Counted from the stretch's first letter, positions 25,704 through 39,168 are shown. The stretch: 64,000 bases of DNA from Azolla caroliniana (GCA_043228905.1 JBHGNT010000003.1:10044001-10108000), one strand, 5' to 3'. Notes: generated by a model not told the origin, from the sequence alone. Numbers and translations: made by a program.

Positions 25704-26184
25704 ATGCCTCGGCGATGCTCTCAGTGTGGGCACAATGGTCATAATTCTCGGACATGTCTAGAAATGAAGGAATCTCCTGAAAATCCTCCAAGAACCCTCG
25801 CCAAAGAAACAGGGGAGGAAGATGAAGAAAAAGAAAGAAATGGAATGTCGATATTAGAGGGAGGAGGAGGAGGAGGAGGAGGAGGAGGATTCAAGCTCTT
25901 TGGTGTCAGATTCTCTTCATTAGATTCTAGAGTATCTGTTTTAGATTCTTCTCCGATTTCGTCAGCATCATCGTCTTCTTCTTCTTCTTCTTCAACACAG
26001 ATGAGGAAAAGTGTGAGCATGGGAAATCTGAGTAACTATGGATTACCTGACCAGGAAAGAGTCAGAGAAGGAATATATCCTTCTCCTGCTCTTTCTTGTC
26101 TTCCTGATGTGGATGAGTCCTTAGAAGGATATGCTTCTGATGATCTTGTTCACTCCACCAGTAGCTCGAGACAACGTAGAAAAG
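25704..26184 (+). CDS. 1R-MYB (CCHC knuckle, SHAQKYF class; KUA1/MYBH/MYBS3-like) transcription factor, exon 1
   Basis: MPRRCSQCGHNGHNSRTC zinc knuckle, KLFGV repression motif, MRKSVSMGNLS, GYASDD; donor GT at 26185. Confidence 0.93.
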
Positions 26185-27705
26185 GTAATTATTAAGTCTA
26201 TGTCAATGCCTTATTATACGCACACATGTGAATGAATGGTAATAGATATACATGCACCACGCATGTGAATGGATAGGGATAAGATAGATGAATGCATAAA
26301 TAGATACAAAGTCTAAGCTATATTAATGAGTTGTTATAAATACATGGATAGGTAATGTGAATGTTTAGCTCGATAGATATGAGTGTATATAGATGATGTA
26401 ATAAACTAAATATATATATGAATGGGTGGATGCATCCAAAGTTTAATATTTATATAGATGGATAAACAGATACAAAATTTGGGTATATGTTTGTATATGA
26501 ATGGATAGATATGAAGACCGAGTGTCTATTAATGTATTAGTAGATGAGTAGGTACGAAACGGACAGATAGATTCCAAATCATATGAAATGGATATGAGAT
26601 AGATACAAAGCCTAAGTAAAATAGACAAGAATGGATAGGTAGGTGGAGACTTATTTGTATATGAACTGATTGATAAATAGATAGATAGATCCAAAAGTCC
26701 ATGTTTGTGTGAAAGTGAAATTAACCCTGAAGGATCTGTAGCTACAAGAACATCTAAAAATGCAAGTTGTTCAAACCACATGGCCAATAGCCACTGTCTA
26801 GTAACTCACCTGTCTTAGCACTGAAGGACAAGGCCTCCGTGTTCCATGCCATCCGGCCTCACTCCACTGCGTGACCTTATGCTACCCTAGCATTATGGAT
26901 CTCTGCTAGCTAGCCACTCTTGTTAGCGGTCATCATCATAACACAAATGATGATTGAGACTGGCCACATTGTGTCTGCCCGCCCTTATCTGCCTGGAAAC
27001 TGAACATTCATCCCAACTATGTTTTGAATCTTTAACTGGGCCCCCTCTTCTTCAACATGACATAGCAAAATGAATACACATAATTATGTCCTTGGGAGGT
27101 CCAAAAATATATGTTTCCAAAAACATTCATGTCCATGGGACCCAAAAACATTACCAGTAGAGCTAATTCCATTCTATAGAAAGGCTTGGGGGCAGGGGTC
27201 ATTGTTTGCTTGTCTCTATACTGCCATAGGTGTGGAAGATACTGAGGAAGACATGTAGCTGTCACACAACTCTAGAGTAGTATGTAAGGTTTTTCTATGC
27301 ATAATCTATTGTTTATACCCTATTCGCTTGACGTTCTTATTTCAACTCATCCTGGGTTTTTGTATCCAATAATGGCAAGGTTTATCTGGTGAAGACCAGA
27401 AGTTCATGTGTTCAGCCCCCTACATTCTGCAATTTCATCTATGTAATTTAGCATAACGAAGTTTACGTATGCCATGGTCGAGATTAGACAGTATACCAAT
27501 AGTAGCTCATCAACTTCAATGGTAAGGATCACAAATTAAATGTTTGACTTACATGAAAGAAAAAAGAAGAAAGGAGAGAAAGGCTCATTCCCTCTTTGAT
27601 ATGATAGTTTAAACCACCAACCGAAAAGCCAGAGAGAAAGAGAAAAGGAAATTTCTCTCTTTTGGATTTAATTGTAACATCATGCTCTTCTTGGGAATAT
27701 AGCAG

Positions 27706-27914
27706 GAGTACCATGGACAGAGGAAGAGCATCGAGATTTTCTGCTTGGACTTGAGAAGTTAGGAAAGGGAGATTGGCGGGGCATTTCTCGGAAGTTTGTA
27801 AAGACTAGAACACCTACCCAGGTTGCCAGCCATGCTCAGAAGTACTTCTTGAGACGAAATAATCTCAACAAAAAAAGACGGAGATTCAGTCTCTTCGATA
27901 TCACGGCCGATACG
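27706..27914 (+). CDS. 1R-MYB exon 2 (MYB DNA-binding domain)
   Basis: G|[66 protein letters not shown]; AG/GT borders, phase consistent with exons 1 and 3. Confidence 0.95.
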
Positions 27915-28308
27915 GTAATGTGTACATACCCTCATCATAACCACATTCTTTTGATTGCATTGTTTTTATGCCTAATCATAAGTTCGTTTTAAGAGTGTGG
28001 ATTTATGATGTGTGAATTTGATTCTGCTATAGTTTTTTATTGATATCTAGGTTGTGTCCTTATTACTCAAATATTTAAACAGAAATGTATGTATGGTATT
28101 AACCTTTTGTGTATGAGAAGGAACTATGTAAATATATAGAGTTAGCATTGTTTGGAAATAGGTTTCAGTGGCTGAATTAGGAAAACCCTTCGTTCAAATA
28201 AAATTAATAACAATTATGCTTGTTATTAATTGCTATGCCTGACTGGATCAACGAGGAGCCCTTTCAAAATAAAGTTACAATAATTTCTCACTTAATTATG
28301 AATTTTAG

Positions 28309-28932
28309 GTATCGAGGTTTCTCAGTGAACCATTATTAGAAGAGCCTGATGAGGTGGACACTTGTCCAGAGCTTAGTCTAGGACAAACCATTCAATATGG
28401 AAATGACAACGGCAGGGAGTTAGCTCGGCTCTCTTGGCGATTTAGTAAACCTCCACTTCAACACAGGCCCATGGTTGTGGATTCAATCAAACATGTTTGC
28501 AAAGTTGGTGACATGGATACTATTGACGAGGTGGATCAAACGGGTGAGAATCATTCCTTGCACAGATCATTTGGTGGAGATACAATGGTATCAGAAGAGA
28601 GCACTGATAGAGAGGAGATATCTGATAAGTCACTGATATTTCAGTTCCCTTGGTCTCCAATATCGCCCAATAATGGCATGTCTCAAGAACCTACCAAGAT
28701 TGTGAAGCCGACACCCGTTGTTGTTCAGCCAAACATGAAGTTAGATAACACTCGGATATTATCAGATCTTGGCATGGATATTGTTCGGCCGATGATGGCA
28801 CCAACGCCATTGTCGTATCAGCTCTTAGAGGAAGGTTCAAGGCATTCGGCCTTTCACACTACAACGACAGCCAATAGTACCAGAGAGATTGATGAACAAG
28901 TGGGTTTACAAAATGCAATCAGTGTGCCATAA
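28309..28932 (+). CDS. 1R-MYB exon 3 (joined protein ~437 aa)
   Basis: Acceptor ttttag at 28303-28308, in frame with ORF 28354-28932; PELSLG, KIVKPTPV, SRHSAFH and terminal AISV typical of the family. Confidence 0.88.
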   Translation, partial: VSRFLSEPLLEEPDEVDTCPELSLGQTIQYGNDNGRELARLSWRFSKPPLQHRPMVVDSIKHVCKVGDMDTIDEVDQTGENHSLHRSFGGDTMVSEESTDREEISDKSLIFQFPWSPISPNNGMSQEPTKIVKPTPVVVQPNMKLDNTRILSDLGMDIVRPMMAPTPLSYQLLEEGSRHSAFHTTTTANSTREIDEQVGLQNAISVP

Positions 28933-29740
28933 TAAGGTGTTATTTGCAATGGGGTTTAAGATGGGATACTGAAATATACAGGAGACACAATTGTACATAG
29001 GTTGTGGTCTCATTTAAGAATGTATTATGTGTAAAAGTGGAATACTCCCAGGGATGCCTATAATTAAAATCATGGGTGCTTGTTTTCAAATGTAGTTTTG
29101 TTTTGGTGCATGGTGCTTCAAATAGTTATTTCTGGGAGTTGTAAAACATAAATCAGGGAGTGAGTGATTCAGAGTTCAAGTCTATTCAGTTATTTGATGA
29201 CATGGGAGCAAGGGATATTCCGTCACATCATTTTTTTTATGGACAGTTGCATCTCTTTGATAAGCAGTAGAAAGGAAAAGGTGCTTTTAATGCAAACCTA
29301 ACAATGGACATAAATTCTAGGAAGCATATTATAAATGGTGGAAACACTTATCATATTTTGTTTCCTAAATTTGAAATGAAGCATGCCTAATTTGTTGGCC
29401 ATAGTATATTTTGAAGGCATTATAAGAAGGGTTTAAACTTTATTCCATGCTCTTGAGTGATTGGTGGTTAGAAAAATACCCATGAAATAGCCCATACTGT
29501 CTCATCCTTATCCCAACCTTCAAGGTAGTAAGAATACTAGCCAAGCTCTTATTATTTCAAGTATTGATGTTGATGGACAGCCCTTCCTACTACCTGCTCT
29601 GCCCATTGTGCAGCCAAAAATACCATATCCATACATCAATCCTATGGTCCACTTGTTAGTAGCCTAATGTGGAGAGTGCTTGACCCACCAAATTTTAGTT
29701 TGGGTAGAATGGGAACCCAAAATGATATGAGTGGGTTAGA

Positions 29741-29893
29741 TATCAGTTTGCACCTTAGAGGATCCAATACCACTCATAAAGAGTGTAATCCTCATTACTT
29801 TGTGGCAAAACTTATTTGTATATCAGTTTGCACCTTAGAGGATTCAATACCACTCATAAAGAGTGTAATCCTCATTACTTCATGGCAAAACTT
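29741..29893 (+). repeat. 80-bp tandem duplication
   Basis: tatcagtttgcaccttagaggat(c/t)caataccactcataaagagtgtaatcctcattactt at 29741 and 29821. Confidence 0.85.
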
Positions 29894-32039
29894 AGTTGTC
29901 TCTTTAAATAGTATGAAAACCAGCAGAAACATAAAGTATAAAACTCGATAATCCCATACATAAACTTTCAAGAACCAGTTCAATACCAATAACCCAATTA
30001 TTGTTAATTAATCAAACATACAATAAGAAATATCGTTCATTAATTAATCTCAAAATTTCTATATATATTATATTCTCTCATAAATCAATCAAACAATGGT
30101 GTAATATAAAAATTAAAATAATGTCATTTAATGCATTGAAAAATTAGGATTCTAATAATATAAATATTAATAAATAGCCAAAGGAAAGTATTGCTTTGAT
30201 AAGTAACTTCAACTATTCTAGAGTTCAAAGGCTCTTGAGACATACACCTCCATAGGATTGGCTTCTTGGTACCAACTCGATTTCATGGTTAATGATCCAT
30301 TTGAAGTCCTTTCTTTAGTCTTGTCATGATCTCATTTTCTTTGACTATATTAATTTCCAACCTCTCCGTGGTTCCATCTACCCAACGTGCACACTCTCTC
30401 GAGTCTCAATTATGATAATCTAAAAAGGAAATAGATCCCACCTTACACTTTGTATGGTCATTGTTTGAATTAAACCAAACTATTCCTAATATGGTATCAA
30501 ATCCATCTAATAGGATAGATCAATAATAGACAAGTTCGTTGGGATAGACTATCTTACTAATAGTTAACTTCACCCACATAATTTTATGGATTAATCTAGG
30601 ATATAACTCTAGGGTTTTTACATAATTAGGTAATATGAATAAATAAACAAGCACTACCGATGTCAATGTGGATAATTGATGCTTGTTTGTACATATATTG
30701 GCTTTTGATCACAACATTAAGAATTCCACCTTCAATTTGTTGGACTCTTTCTCTAATAGTTTAATTATCTCTTTCACCAAGTGCGCCACAATTTTTGCAT
30801 GTCTTGCATGAATGTTATAAAATTGCAACCAACCCACCCCTTCAAATGGAACGTAAATGAAGGGCTCTCTCTTCTTTAGGCTTAATTATTTGAGGTTCAT
30901 TTTGCTTATTTGGTTCTATTTTCTGTCCATCCCAACATTGATTAATTGATTGAACTATATTGTACTGCATTTATACTCATGTGTTTGTCGCAATCTTCAC
31001 CTTGTAAGTTATTGTGTGGGCTCAGAAGACAGGTATCCTAAAAAGATTAAGAATCAAAGTAGACTTAGGTAAGATAAATCGAGTCTTGAAGTTTCTCGAA
31101 CCCAAATTGAATAAAAAAGGAAAAGCTTTTGAAATATTGTTGATTTTCTCTTTAGTTCCCCAAATGCCCTTAATTTCACGTAATCCCCCCAAATGAGGTT
31201 GTTGAGCTCCCCCACCATCTCACATAATTATATGGTCAATACATTTCCTCTTTCTTTGTTTATGTTGTTCGGGGAAATGGGGGGGGGGGGGGGCTTGAGG
31301 GCATTCGGGAAAATAAAGGAAAACCTGAAGGGATAATTTTCAAACAATTTTTTTCCATGAATTTAAAAATGCTTTCTAAAACAAACACGCAATCATTGTG
31401 GACATTGCAACTGAACTCTTGGATTGGGTTGGCCATATTAAGCCTCGAGTGGCGAAATACAAGACAAAAAGATAAGTAATGTGTAGACTTTTCTATTGTT
31501 ACTGACTAGGTATCTTCATGCCCAAGTTCAAAAACTCAGCCCCCTCCTCCATGTTACACCACTAAAATTTTGTGACTAGGGTGTATCTCCGATTAGACTT
31601 GAACTTGTGTATCCACACTACTCGACTACGCGAAGGAAAGTGTAGAATTAGGACCTGCCGAACATACTGCCCAACCACCCTCTGTCCAACCTAGAAACGG
31701 ATTTGTTCACTATATGAGACATGGATGTTTTCTCCATCCATCGAGAAGACTTAGAAGCCCACGACTCACGGGGCCATCTCTACCTGTTGAGAAGGCCATC
31801 ACCTCAATCCGTCAAGATGGTGAACATGGTGGAAGTGTTACAATGGGAACCTTCTCTACCCATCGAGGGGACCCTCACCTCAATCCGTCGAGGTGGTGTG
31901 TTGTGGTTCCGATGATTGAACCCCTCAACACATCACATGTGTTACACTCGCCCCCTCGGCAACACATCATATGTATATATCTAGTTATGGACATGACCAA
32001 TGTGGGGGAAGAAGGTATAGGATTGTCGAGATGGGCACC

Positions 32040-32320
32040 CATCGGGGCTAGTGAGGTGGGCCGAGATTCGGCTTGACCGGCTTGACCCCGAGTGATGCTT
32101 GACCAATATGCTTGACTTGACTGGGCCGACCAAAGGTTTTCGTTCTGTCGCGCGATTTCGCCCAAGAGTCATGCATGCCTCACGGCCAGTTACTCACTCA
32201 CTAGTGGGAAACCGGACAACATGGATAGAGAGAGACAGAGACAGAGAGACAGAGAAGAGAGAGAGGAGAGAGAGAGAGAGGAGAAGAACCCTTTGAGAGA
32301 GAGAGAGAGAGAGAAGATAA
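32040..32320 (+). promoter_or_regulatory. Probable promoter/5' UTR with TGGGCC site-II motifs and (GA)n tract
   Basis: TGGGCC at ~32057 and ~32122; GA repeats 32227-32312 just upstream of ATG 32386. Confidence 0.5.
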
Positions 32321-32385
32321 GAAGCCATTGCTTACCTCTTTTAGATGTTTTAAGGAGGAGCAGGGGTAGAAGCAGAGAAGCAGAG

Positions 32386-32640
32386 ATGGCAACTCTCACA
32401 CCTGCCTCATGCGTGTGCAAAGCTCAACTTAACCATCGCCCACAATCATCCCTCCTCCTTCCTCTTCCACGCCATTCTTCTTCTTCTTCTTCTTCTTCTT
32501 CTTCTTCTTCCTCAGTAGTGTGTATACCAAGAAACAATGGGTTCATGAGAATGAAGACAACGGGGAAGAAGGCCCTGAATGTGGCCAGGTCACCCACTTC
32601 CTCTGTTGTTGTTTTTGCTTCATCTGAATTTGCTCTCCAG
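32386..32640 (+). CDS. Small plastid-targeted protein of unknown function, exon 1 (transit peptide)
   Basis: MATLTPASCVCK..., Ser/Arg-rich and lacking acidic residues until the end, VVVFA|SS cleavage-like site, donor CAG|GTAAAG. Confidence 0.8.
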
Positions 32641-33216
32641 GTAAAGACACCAAAAATTCTTGTTTCTACATTCTCTCTGGATTGATTTGTTTTTTTGTCA
32701 GAAATTGAGATATTCGTACTACGGTCTGTTGATCGATCAATTGAATGAACCCAGAACCCTCTCCAAAGTCACAACCAATCGATCGAGAGGCTCTCGAGAA
32801 TTTGTAGACGCTTGCTCGATTGTGCAGATATCTTGGGATTTAGGAATGTTGGCCATATAAAACCTTATATGCACACATATTTTTTAACCTATATATACAT
32901 TCTGGTTACGGTGTAGAAGAGATAGAACTGGTAGCTATATATACCATTGCATAGATAGGTTAAGACCTATATATATAGCCAACATATATAGGTTAAAACC
33001 TAGAATAGAAAAGCTTGGTAGGTATATATATGTTGCCAATGATTGCCAGATGAATTGGATATTGATGATGAAGATGCGTAAGAAGAACAAAGTAAGAAGA
33101 ACAAATGATTGTGTCGACTCTTCTCCCATACATTTTCCTGTAGCATCTGGTAATGTACTGCATATAGTGAGATTTGAACCCAGATGTGCACAAGAGAGTT
33201 TTGCAGATTGAACTAA

Positions 33217-33615
33217 TGATGAGCAAAAGAATAAGAGATTAAGGAGGAGAATGGATTAAGGGTGCTCAAGCATATCGATCCATCCTCGAGGGAAGGACAT
33301 GAGACGAACATAAAATACCATTGGCATCTCATACCCACTGAATATTAACTTATGTCATACCTTGGTTGTAAAATAACTGATTCAATGAAGAGAGCTCAGC
33401 CTTACCAATAGAGACTCAACAACACCTCTAAGATGTCGTAATGAAGAGGGTGTCTAGTCCCCTTTATATATAGCTCATCACCCGAGGCTCTCAGCTCAGA
33501 TCATGTGTTTCCATATGTCATAGGTCCTTGTGGGTTTTCTCAATTCTTACGCTAGCTAGTTTCCCAATTATCCTACTCTTATCCCATTAAAATAAGTTAT
33601 AGAATTGGCCCATCA
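33217..33615 (-). mobile_element. Possible old solo LTR in intron
   Basis: TGATG...CATCA ends, minus-strand TATA-like tatatataaaggg near 33460-33472; no matching TSD. Confidence 0.3.
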
Positions 33616-34287
33616 GGTTATCTCTACTGAGAGAGAGAGAGAGAGAGAGAGTATGTGTGTGTGTATTAATGATAATGGGAAGCCCATGGAGAATTCATTG
33701 TATAAATTGGATAAGAATGTGTCTGCTAGAACGTGCATTCGTTGTATAAATTGGATTTGTTGCTAGGTATGCAATTCTTCCAACGCTTGGAACTACAAAT
33801 TTTCTTGGATACATGGCTTTATCACTCTGGTATAGCTTGTATTAGAGAAAGTTTTGAAGCCCCAAAGCTTGGGTTGGTCAAAATATGGCTGACCATTAGA
33901 TATACCCCCAATACAGAAAATAGAGATAGATCATCTACATCTATGGGAAATGAAATACCATATATATTGGACAGGACATCGAGTTCCATGGCAAATATTT
34001 AAACTTGGGTTCGCTCAAATTTATGACTTTTAGATGTTAACAAGGAATCTGCCAATTCTCTTTTATGTGACTGAAGATTTTCAACTAATCTTGTAAAACA
34101 GGAGGCTTCTAAGTTCAGGGAGGACCTTTTCAATGAGCTAGGGAAATATGAAACTCTTTTGGATTCAAGAGGGAGGATAGCAGATACATGTGCTAAGGTA
34201 CACCCGCACACACATGTATCAAACAAAATTAACTTATGACATATCAAGCTTCATATCGCTACGTTTCCATTTTTTATGTATATTTAG

Positions 34288-34470
34288 GTTTTACATGAGT
34301 ATGCGTCAACATATTCTGGCGTGTTCACACCACCTCAACCAGTTGATGGTATGAAAAAGGCCCTTGAAGAGCAAGGGCTACCAACTGAAAAACCGTTGTG
34401 TTGTGCAATTTGGTGGGTGCGTGCACATCTTAATCGCGATTGGGAGCAGTTCAACGCATTGAAGCCATGA
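34288..34470 (+). CDS. Small plastid-targeted protein, exon 2 (not in ORF track); joined product 145 aa
   Basis: tttag acceptor, phase 0, open frame VLHEYASTYSGVFTPPQPVDGMKKALEEQGLPTEKPLCCAIWWVRAHLNRDWEQFNALKP*. Confidence 0.68.
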   Translation, partial: VLHEYASTYSGVFTPPQPVDGMKKALEEQGLPTEKPLCCAIWWVRAHLNRDWEQFNALKP

Positions 34471-34490
34471 TTTGTCCCATTTTAATCCAT

Positions 34491-34641
34491 CTTGGGAGCA
34501 ATTTAATTCATTGAAGCCATGAAAAAGGCACTTCAAGAGCAAGGGTTGCTAAATGCAAAAACCATTATTGCATTGTCTGATTTCATGGGTACACATGAAT
34601 TTTAATCTTGACTAGAGAGATTTAATGCATTGAAGCCATAA
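34491..34641 (+). pseudogene. Degenerate tandem copy of the 3' part of exon 2
   Basis: WEQFNSLKP* overlapping MKKALQEQGLLNA..KPLLHCLISWVHMNFNLD*..NALKP*, with frameshifts. Confidence 0.7.
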
Positions 34642-35598
34642 TTTTTCCTTTTTTATATGCTTGCATTTTTGTTGTATTGAGAATTTTCTTGGTTTTGTAA
34701 TTGCCAGCCTTAAAGCTTAAAGAGGGCACATTAAATTGGAGGCTATTGAAACATTTCTTTAGAATGCATAAATTTGTCTCTTTCTTTTCCATTTTGACAT
34801 TTCCTGAAGTTTCTCCCTTGTATATGCATTTCTTCTAATATTCTCTTGGCAAAACTTTGTCCAAGTTCTAAAGAAGTTATGAATTGAATCTCGTTCTTTC
34901 AGTTTGCTTGTGCTTGTGCTTGTGCTAGTGCATGTATGTATATTATATTAATGTCTCTAGTGGTGATGCCTTGTGATAACTCTATTGGTGTAAACAAGTG
35001 CCAAAAACCTTTACACATTGATCAGCAAAAAGGAAGGTGCATTTGTTATGGTAGATGAGTAAGCCATTGTGACTAACAACCTATTGTATATAAGGGAACT
35101 TCAAACTGCATTCTACGGCCAATCTCTCACTTCAATTCTTGAGTTGTATATTGAGGATGCCAACAAGGTAATTTTGTTAGCACAATGTGTAATGGACTTG
35201 AGGTAGGTGTGACAAGAGAGGAAATGGTTGAAGTGCAAATAAAACTTATGGAAGGGAGGGGGTTATGTGGAGGGTTTTGGTGCCCTTTTTTGGTGAGTTT
35301 TATATTTTGTTATTAGAATGTAATGTTAGGGCACTTGAGGTAGTTCACATTGGCAAAGTGACTTAGAGATTTCCTAGAACCTCCCAAGAGGGCTATAGTG
35401 TGAAAGGGCTTCTATAAATGTACCAACAGAGAGTTCTTGGACCTTTATACCCAACCTCCGACTTAAATAGTGAAGAAGCTTTTTTTAAGTCATCACTTCC
35501 ACTAGTTGGAAAAAGTTTTGATATTGTGCCTTTGAGAGGCACTTAGGAGATCATACGTTGGATCTTATTTAGTGTTTACTTTATGCAATGAGATGAGT

Positions 35599-38250
35599 TC
35601 ATCCTCTATCACCGACTGGCTGTTGCCGAACAACTGATTGTGTCAGTTCACTTGGCCTTAAGTCGATGATAGTGGGAGTCAACTGGGGAGTCGATTCCAA
35701 CTTCTGTTGCTTCCAATCCTCAATCATCTTGTCTTCCAAGAAGACTACATCCCGACTTCTCACCACCTTTTTGTCGACTAGGTCCCATAGCCTATAGCCA
35801 AACTCATCTTCCGAGTATCCCATGAATATGCATGGTTTCAACTTATTGTCGGGCTTCAACCTCTAATCCTTAGACACATGCATATATACTAAGCATTCGA
35901 ACACCCTCAGGTGTTGGTAGGAAACATCCTTTCCTGTCCACACTCTTTGTGGGACATCACCTTTCAACGGTACGGAGAGAGACCTGTTGATCAGATAAAC
36001 AATTGTATACATCGCCTCAGGCCAATACGATTTCGGTGGTTTAGCATGAGAGAGCATGCTCCTTACTCTCTCCATGATTGTTCAATTCATCCTCTCTACA
36101 AGCCTGTTCAACTTAGGGGTCTTCGGCACTGTGTATTCAATTCAAATACCTTGGGCCTTGTAGTATTCCTCGAACTGCCCTTTATATTCACCACCATTGT
36201 CAGTTCGAACAAGCTTCAACTTTTGACCCGACTCTCGCTCGGTTCTTGCCTGGAATTCCTTGAAGAACGACAATACGTGATCCTTCAACCTCAGTACGAA
36301 GGCCCATGTCTTTTGACTATAGTCATCAATGAACGTCACAAAGTACTGTCCACCCTGATGCGGCGGAGCATCTACATAACACACATCCAATGGCACTTCT
36401 GTTCTTCTCAGTCAGCTAACAGATGCAGACCCTTCTCACTCATGTGGCCTAGCCTCTTATGCCATATCTGTCCTGCCGAGTCGGCTGCCACATTCACTTC
36501 CGACTTGCACAATCGGGCTTGCATCATATACAATGTGCCTTCTTTCTGTGCTCGGGCCACTATAAGATTTCCTCAACAAAACTTCCACTTGCCATTCCGA
36601 TAACTACCATTGTAGCCTTCGTTGTCCAGTCCTCCAGTCGATATCAAATTCAATCTGATATCGACGACGTGTTGAACATCCTTCAGAGTCAGTCGACACC
36701 CTGTTGACATGGTCAGGCAGACACTTCCGATTCTAGCTATCTTGCACTGCCACTGTCACCCATCTTTACATAACCATGGTCACCGGCTATGTAAGTCGAC
36801 AAGTACTCTCTTGACGGAGTTATATGGAAAGATGCACTGCAGTCGATCACCCAAGTGCATTCTTCACTTGCAAGATTTGCACTTGCTTGTTCAGTGATGA
36901 ATGTAAGTTCTTCATTGAGCTCGTAGCAATGGTGGAAGTGTTCTTCTCATCAGGAATCTTCCTGGGTTCGATATTATTATCGACACCTTTGTCTTTCTTC
37001 ATGTGTCAGCAATCCTTCTGGAAATCTTCAGGTTTACTACAGTAAAAGCATGTCAGTTTACATCTGGACTTCAACCTGGCTTGAGACTTTTCTCTCCTTG
37101 GTGGACTCCTTTGCCCGTTTCTTCCTCTTCTGGTATGTTGAGTCACGTTCAACTCTGACTAGGACAAGACTCCCTTGTCCTTCCTCCTCGTCTCCTCATT
37201 CAAATTACTTGTCTTTACCGCTTGTAGAGACAAGTTCTCTTCTTGACAGGAGGCGCTGAGAGTAACCACCAGGTTCTCCCAGTTATCCGGCAATGTGCAC
37301 TTCAGTAGTATGGCCTGCATTGCATCTTCAAGGGGAAACTTGGTCGTAGCCAGTTGATTCACATACCCTATGCATGTGTTGATGTGTTTGACGATGCTCT
37401 CACAGTCTCTGTATTTCAGTCGTGCGATCTTTCTCATCAGTGAGGTTTTATTGAGGGCATTCTTCCTCTCATATAGGCCTGATAGTGTCTGCCACATCTC
37501 GTGGGCATTTGTGTTGTTCACCACATGATGAAGGACACTTACATCGATGCACTATCGGATGATGGCCACTGCCTTTCAGTTAAGAAGTTTCCATTCCAAC
37601 TCTAATACTCTCATGGGTATTTCTGCTCTGTCGATCGTCTCGTACATGTCTTTGACTATGAGAAGGTTCTCCATCTTTATCTTCTACTCCGCATAGTTCT
37701 GAGCGTTTAGAACTATCATACCTGGGAAGTCACTCACACCTCATTCCATGCTTGCACCTCAAGCTCTGATACCAGTTTGATGAGAAAACGAGGTTGATGA
37801 GAAAACAATCGTTAACTCACAAGAAGAATACGTTGAAATACACAACTTGGAACACACAACAACAGTGTACACAGATTTTACGTGGAAACCCTAAAAAACG
37901 GGAGAAAACCACAGCCGTTCACTATACAATGGATATACAAGGGAGAATATTACAACACTCTTTATGGAGTGTATCAACCTCACAGGGCTCTTGGTGCCTA
38001 CTGTTACGAACGCATAACTATGGCACTGCTCTCTCTTGCTTCTCTCCCTCTCTCTCTCGGGCGTGCACACTATACTACAACGCTCTTGCTCTCTGCTCTC
38101 ACGCACTGTCTCTTCTGTTTGCCCTAGGTGTATTTAAACTAATACATCATGGGCTATTTACAAGTGTGGCCCCTACTACGCATCACTACTACTATTATCT
38201 ATAATAATAAGTAGCCATCAACCGACTCTAGTGTCGAGATATTCCCAACA
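35599..38250 (-). mobile_element. Ty1/copia element, 3'-truncated (5' LTR, gag, PR, IN)
   Basis: LTR 37778-38250 (TG..CA), PBS TGGTATCAGAGC at 37763-37774, gag (LPDNWENLV), integrase (VRTDNGGEY, MERVRSML, CIFMGY). Confidence 0.9.
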
Positions 38251-39168
38251 TATAACTCCCTTGGAAGATAATCATGTCAATAAGAAACTCGCATGTAGTT
38301 GAAGCTAGATCAAGGATTGCACATTTTGGGATGCCATCAAATCACAATGGAGGGGATTGTGACTTCACAAGTTGACATGGTGCATGGATGGACAATCATT
38401 GTACATGCCCATCATGTGGGAGTTCCTACATCACCAATATGTAGATGTCTACACTATAGATGTAACCTATGCCTACACATGTGTGTAAAACTAGTTGCTA
38501 TACAAATATGCAAGAAAATGAATTTCAAAACTCTTAGTCGCATTGGCATTTGGTTTGAGATTGTTGTACATATGACACACTAGAAGGAAATGCCAAGACT
38601 AAGCATGCATATGAGAAACTTAAGGCTTGGAGAACACTTGTACATTATATTTGTATCTAATATTGTGAACATTGGAGTTGCTACTACCAATGTTGCACAT
38701 TGAATCTCTATTATATTTCATCTTTTTGTAATTGTGTGTATTTGTTGTGTTCTTGTCCATTGTTATCTTTCCCATAATGTTGTTATAGAACACGTTCGTG
38801 TTCACAAGTGGAAGGATCGCGCATTCCACTTGTAGAATCTTCTTGAAACTATCCAAATATACCCTCTCTACAAAAATTGGATGCACTAGTATCACATGTT
38901 CCACAACTTGATTAGAATTTGTAAATATAAAAATACATGATAGGTCTACGAGTGGAGATCATTAGAAATTCAAATAAGTTTGGACGTGTTGATAAGTTAA
39001 TGTAGGCATAATAAAGTTCAACAATGGCTCAATATGTCACTAATGTGCGACATAAGAAACACTAAGTTAAAGACTTATATTAATTTGGTAAGTTTTACAA
39101 AAATATGAGGTGTACTTGTAACCATACTAATAAAATGAGTTATGATTTATACTTTGACCCATACTCGC

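Noticed and set aside
26740-27270. Possible LINE remnant in MYB intron 1
   Set aside because: Composition differs from the rest of the intron, but no RT or endonuclease motif, poly-A tail or TSD was identifiable.
30230-30640. PBS-like TGGTATCA at ~30492 suggesting a TRIM or LTR remnant
   Set aside because: No paired LTR, PPT or TSD could be established.
31420-32000. Higher-GC stretch upstream of the plastid-protein gene as a solo LTR or gene (ORF 31714-32076)
   Set aside because: No TSD, no second copy and no recognisable protein motif.
32221-32385. N-terminal extension MDRERQRQ... of ORF 32221-32685
   Set aside because: It is a translation of the (GA)n tract. The ATG at 32386 gives a typical transit-peptide start.
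38270-38904. Possible degraded SWIM/MULE-type coding remnant (DNHCTCPSCG) and ORFs 38299-38583 and 38620-38904
   Set aside because: Too many stops and no second diagnostic motif, so it cannot be assigned.
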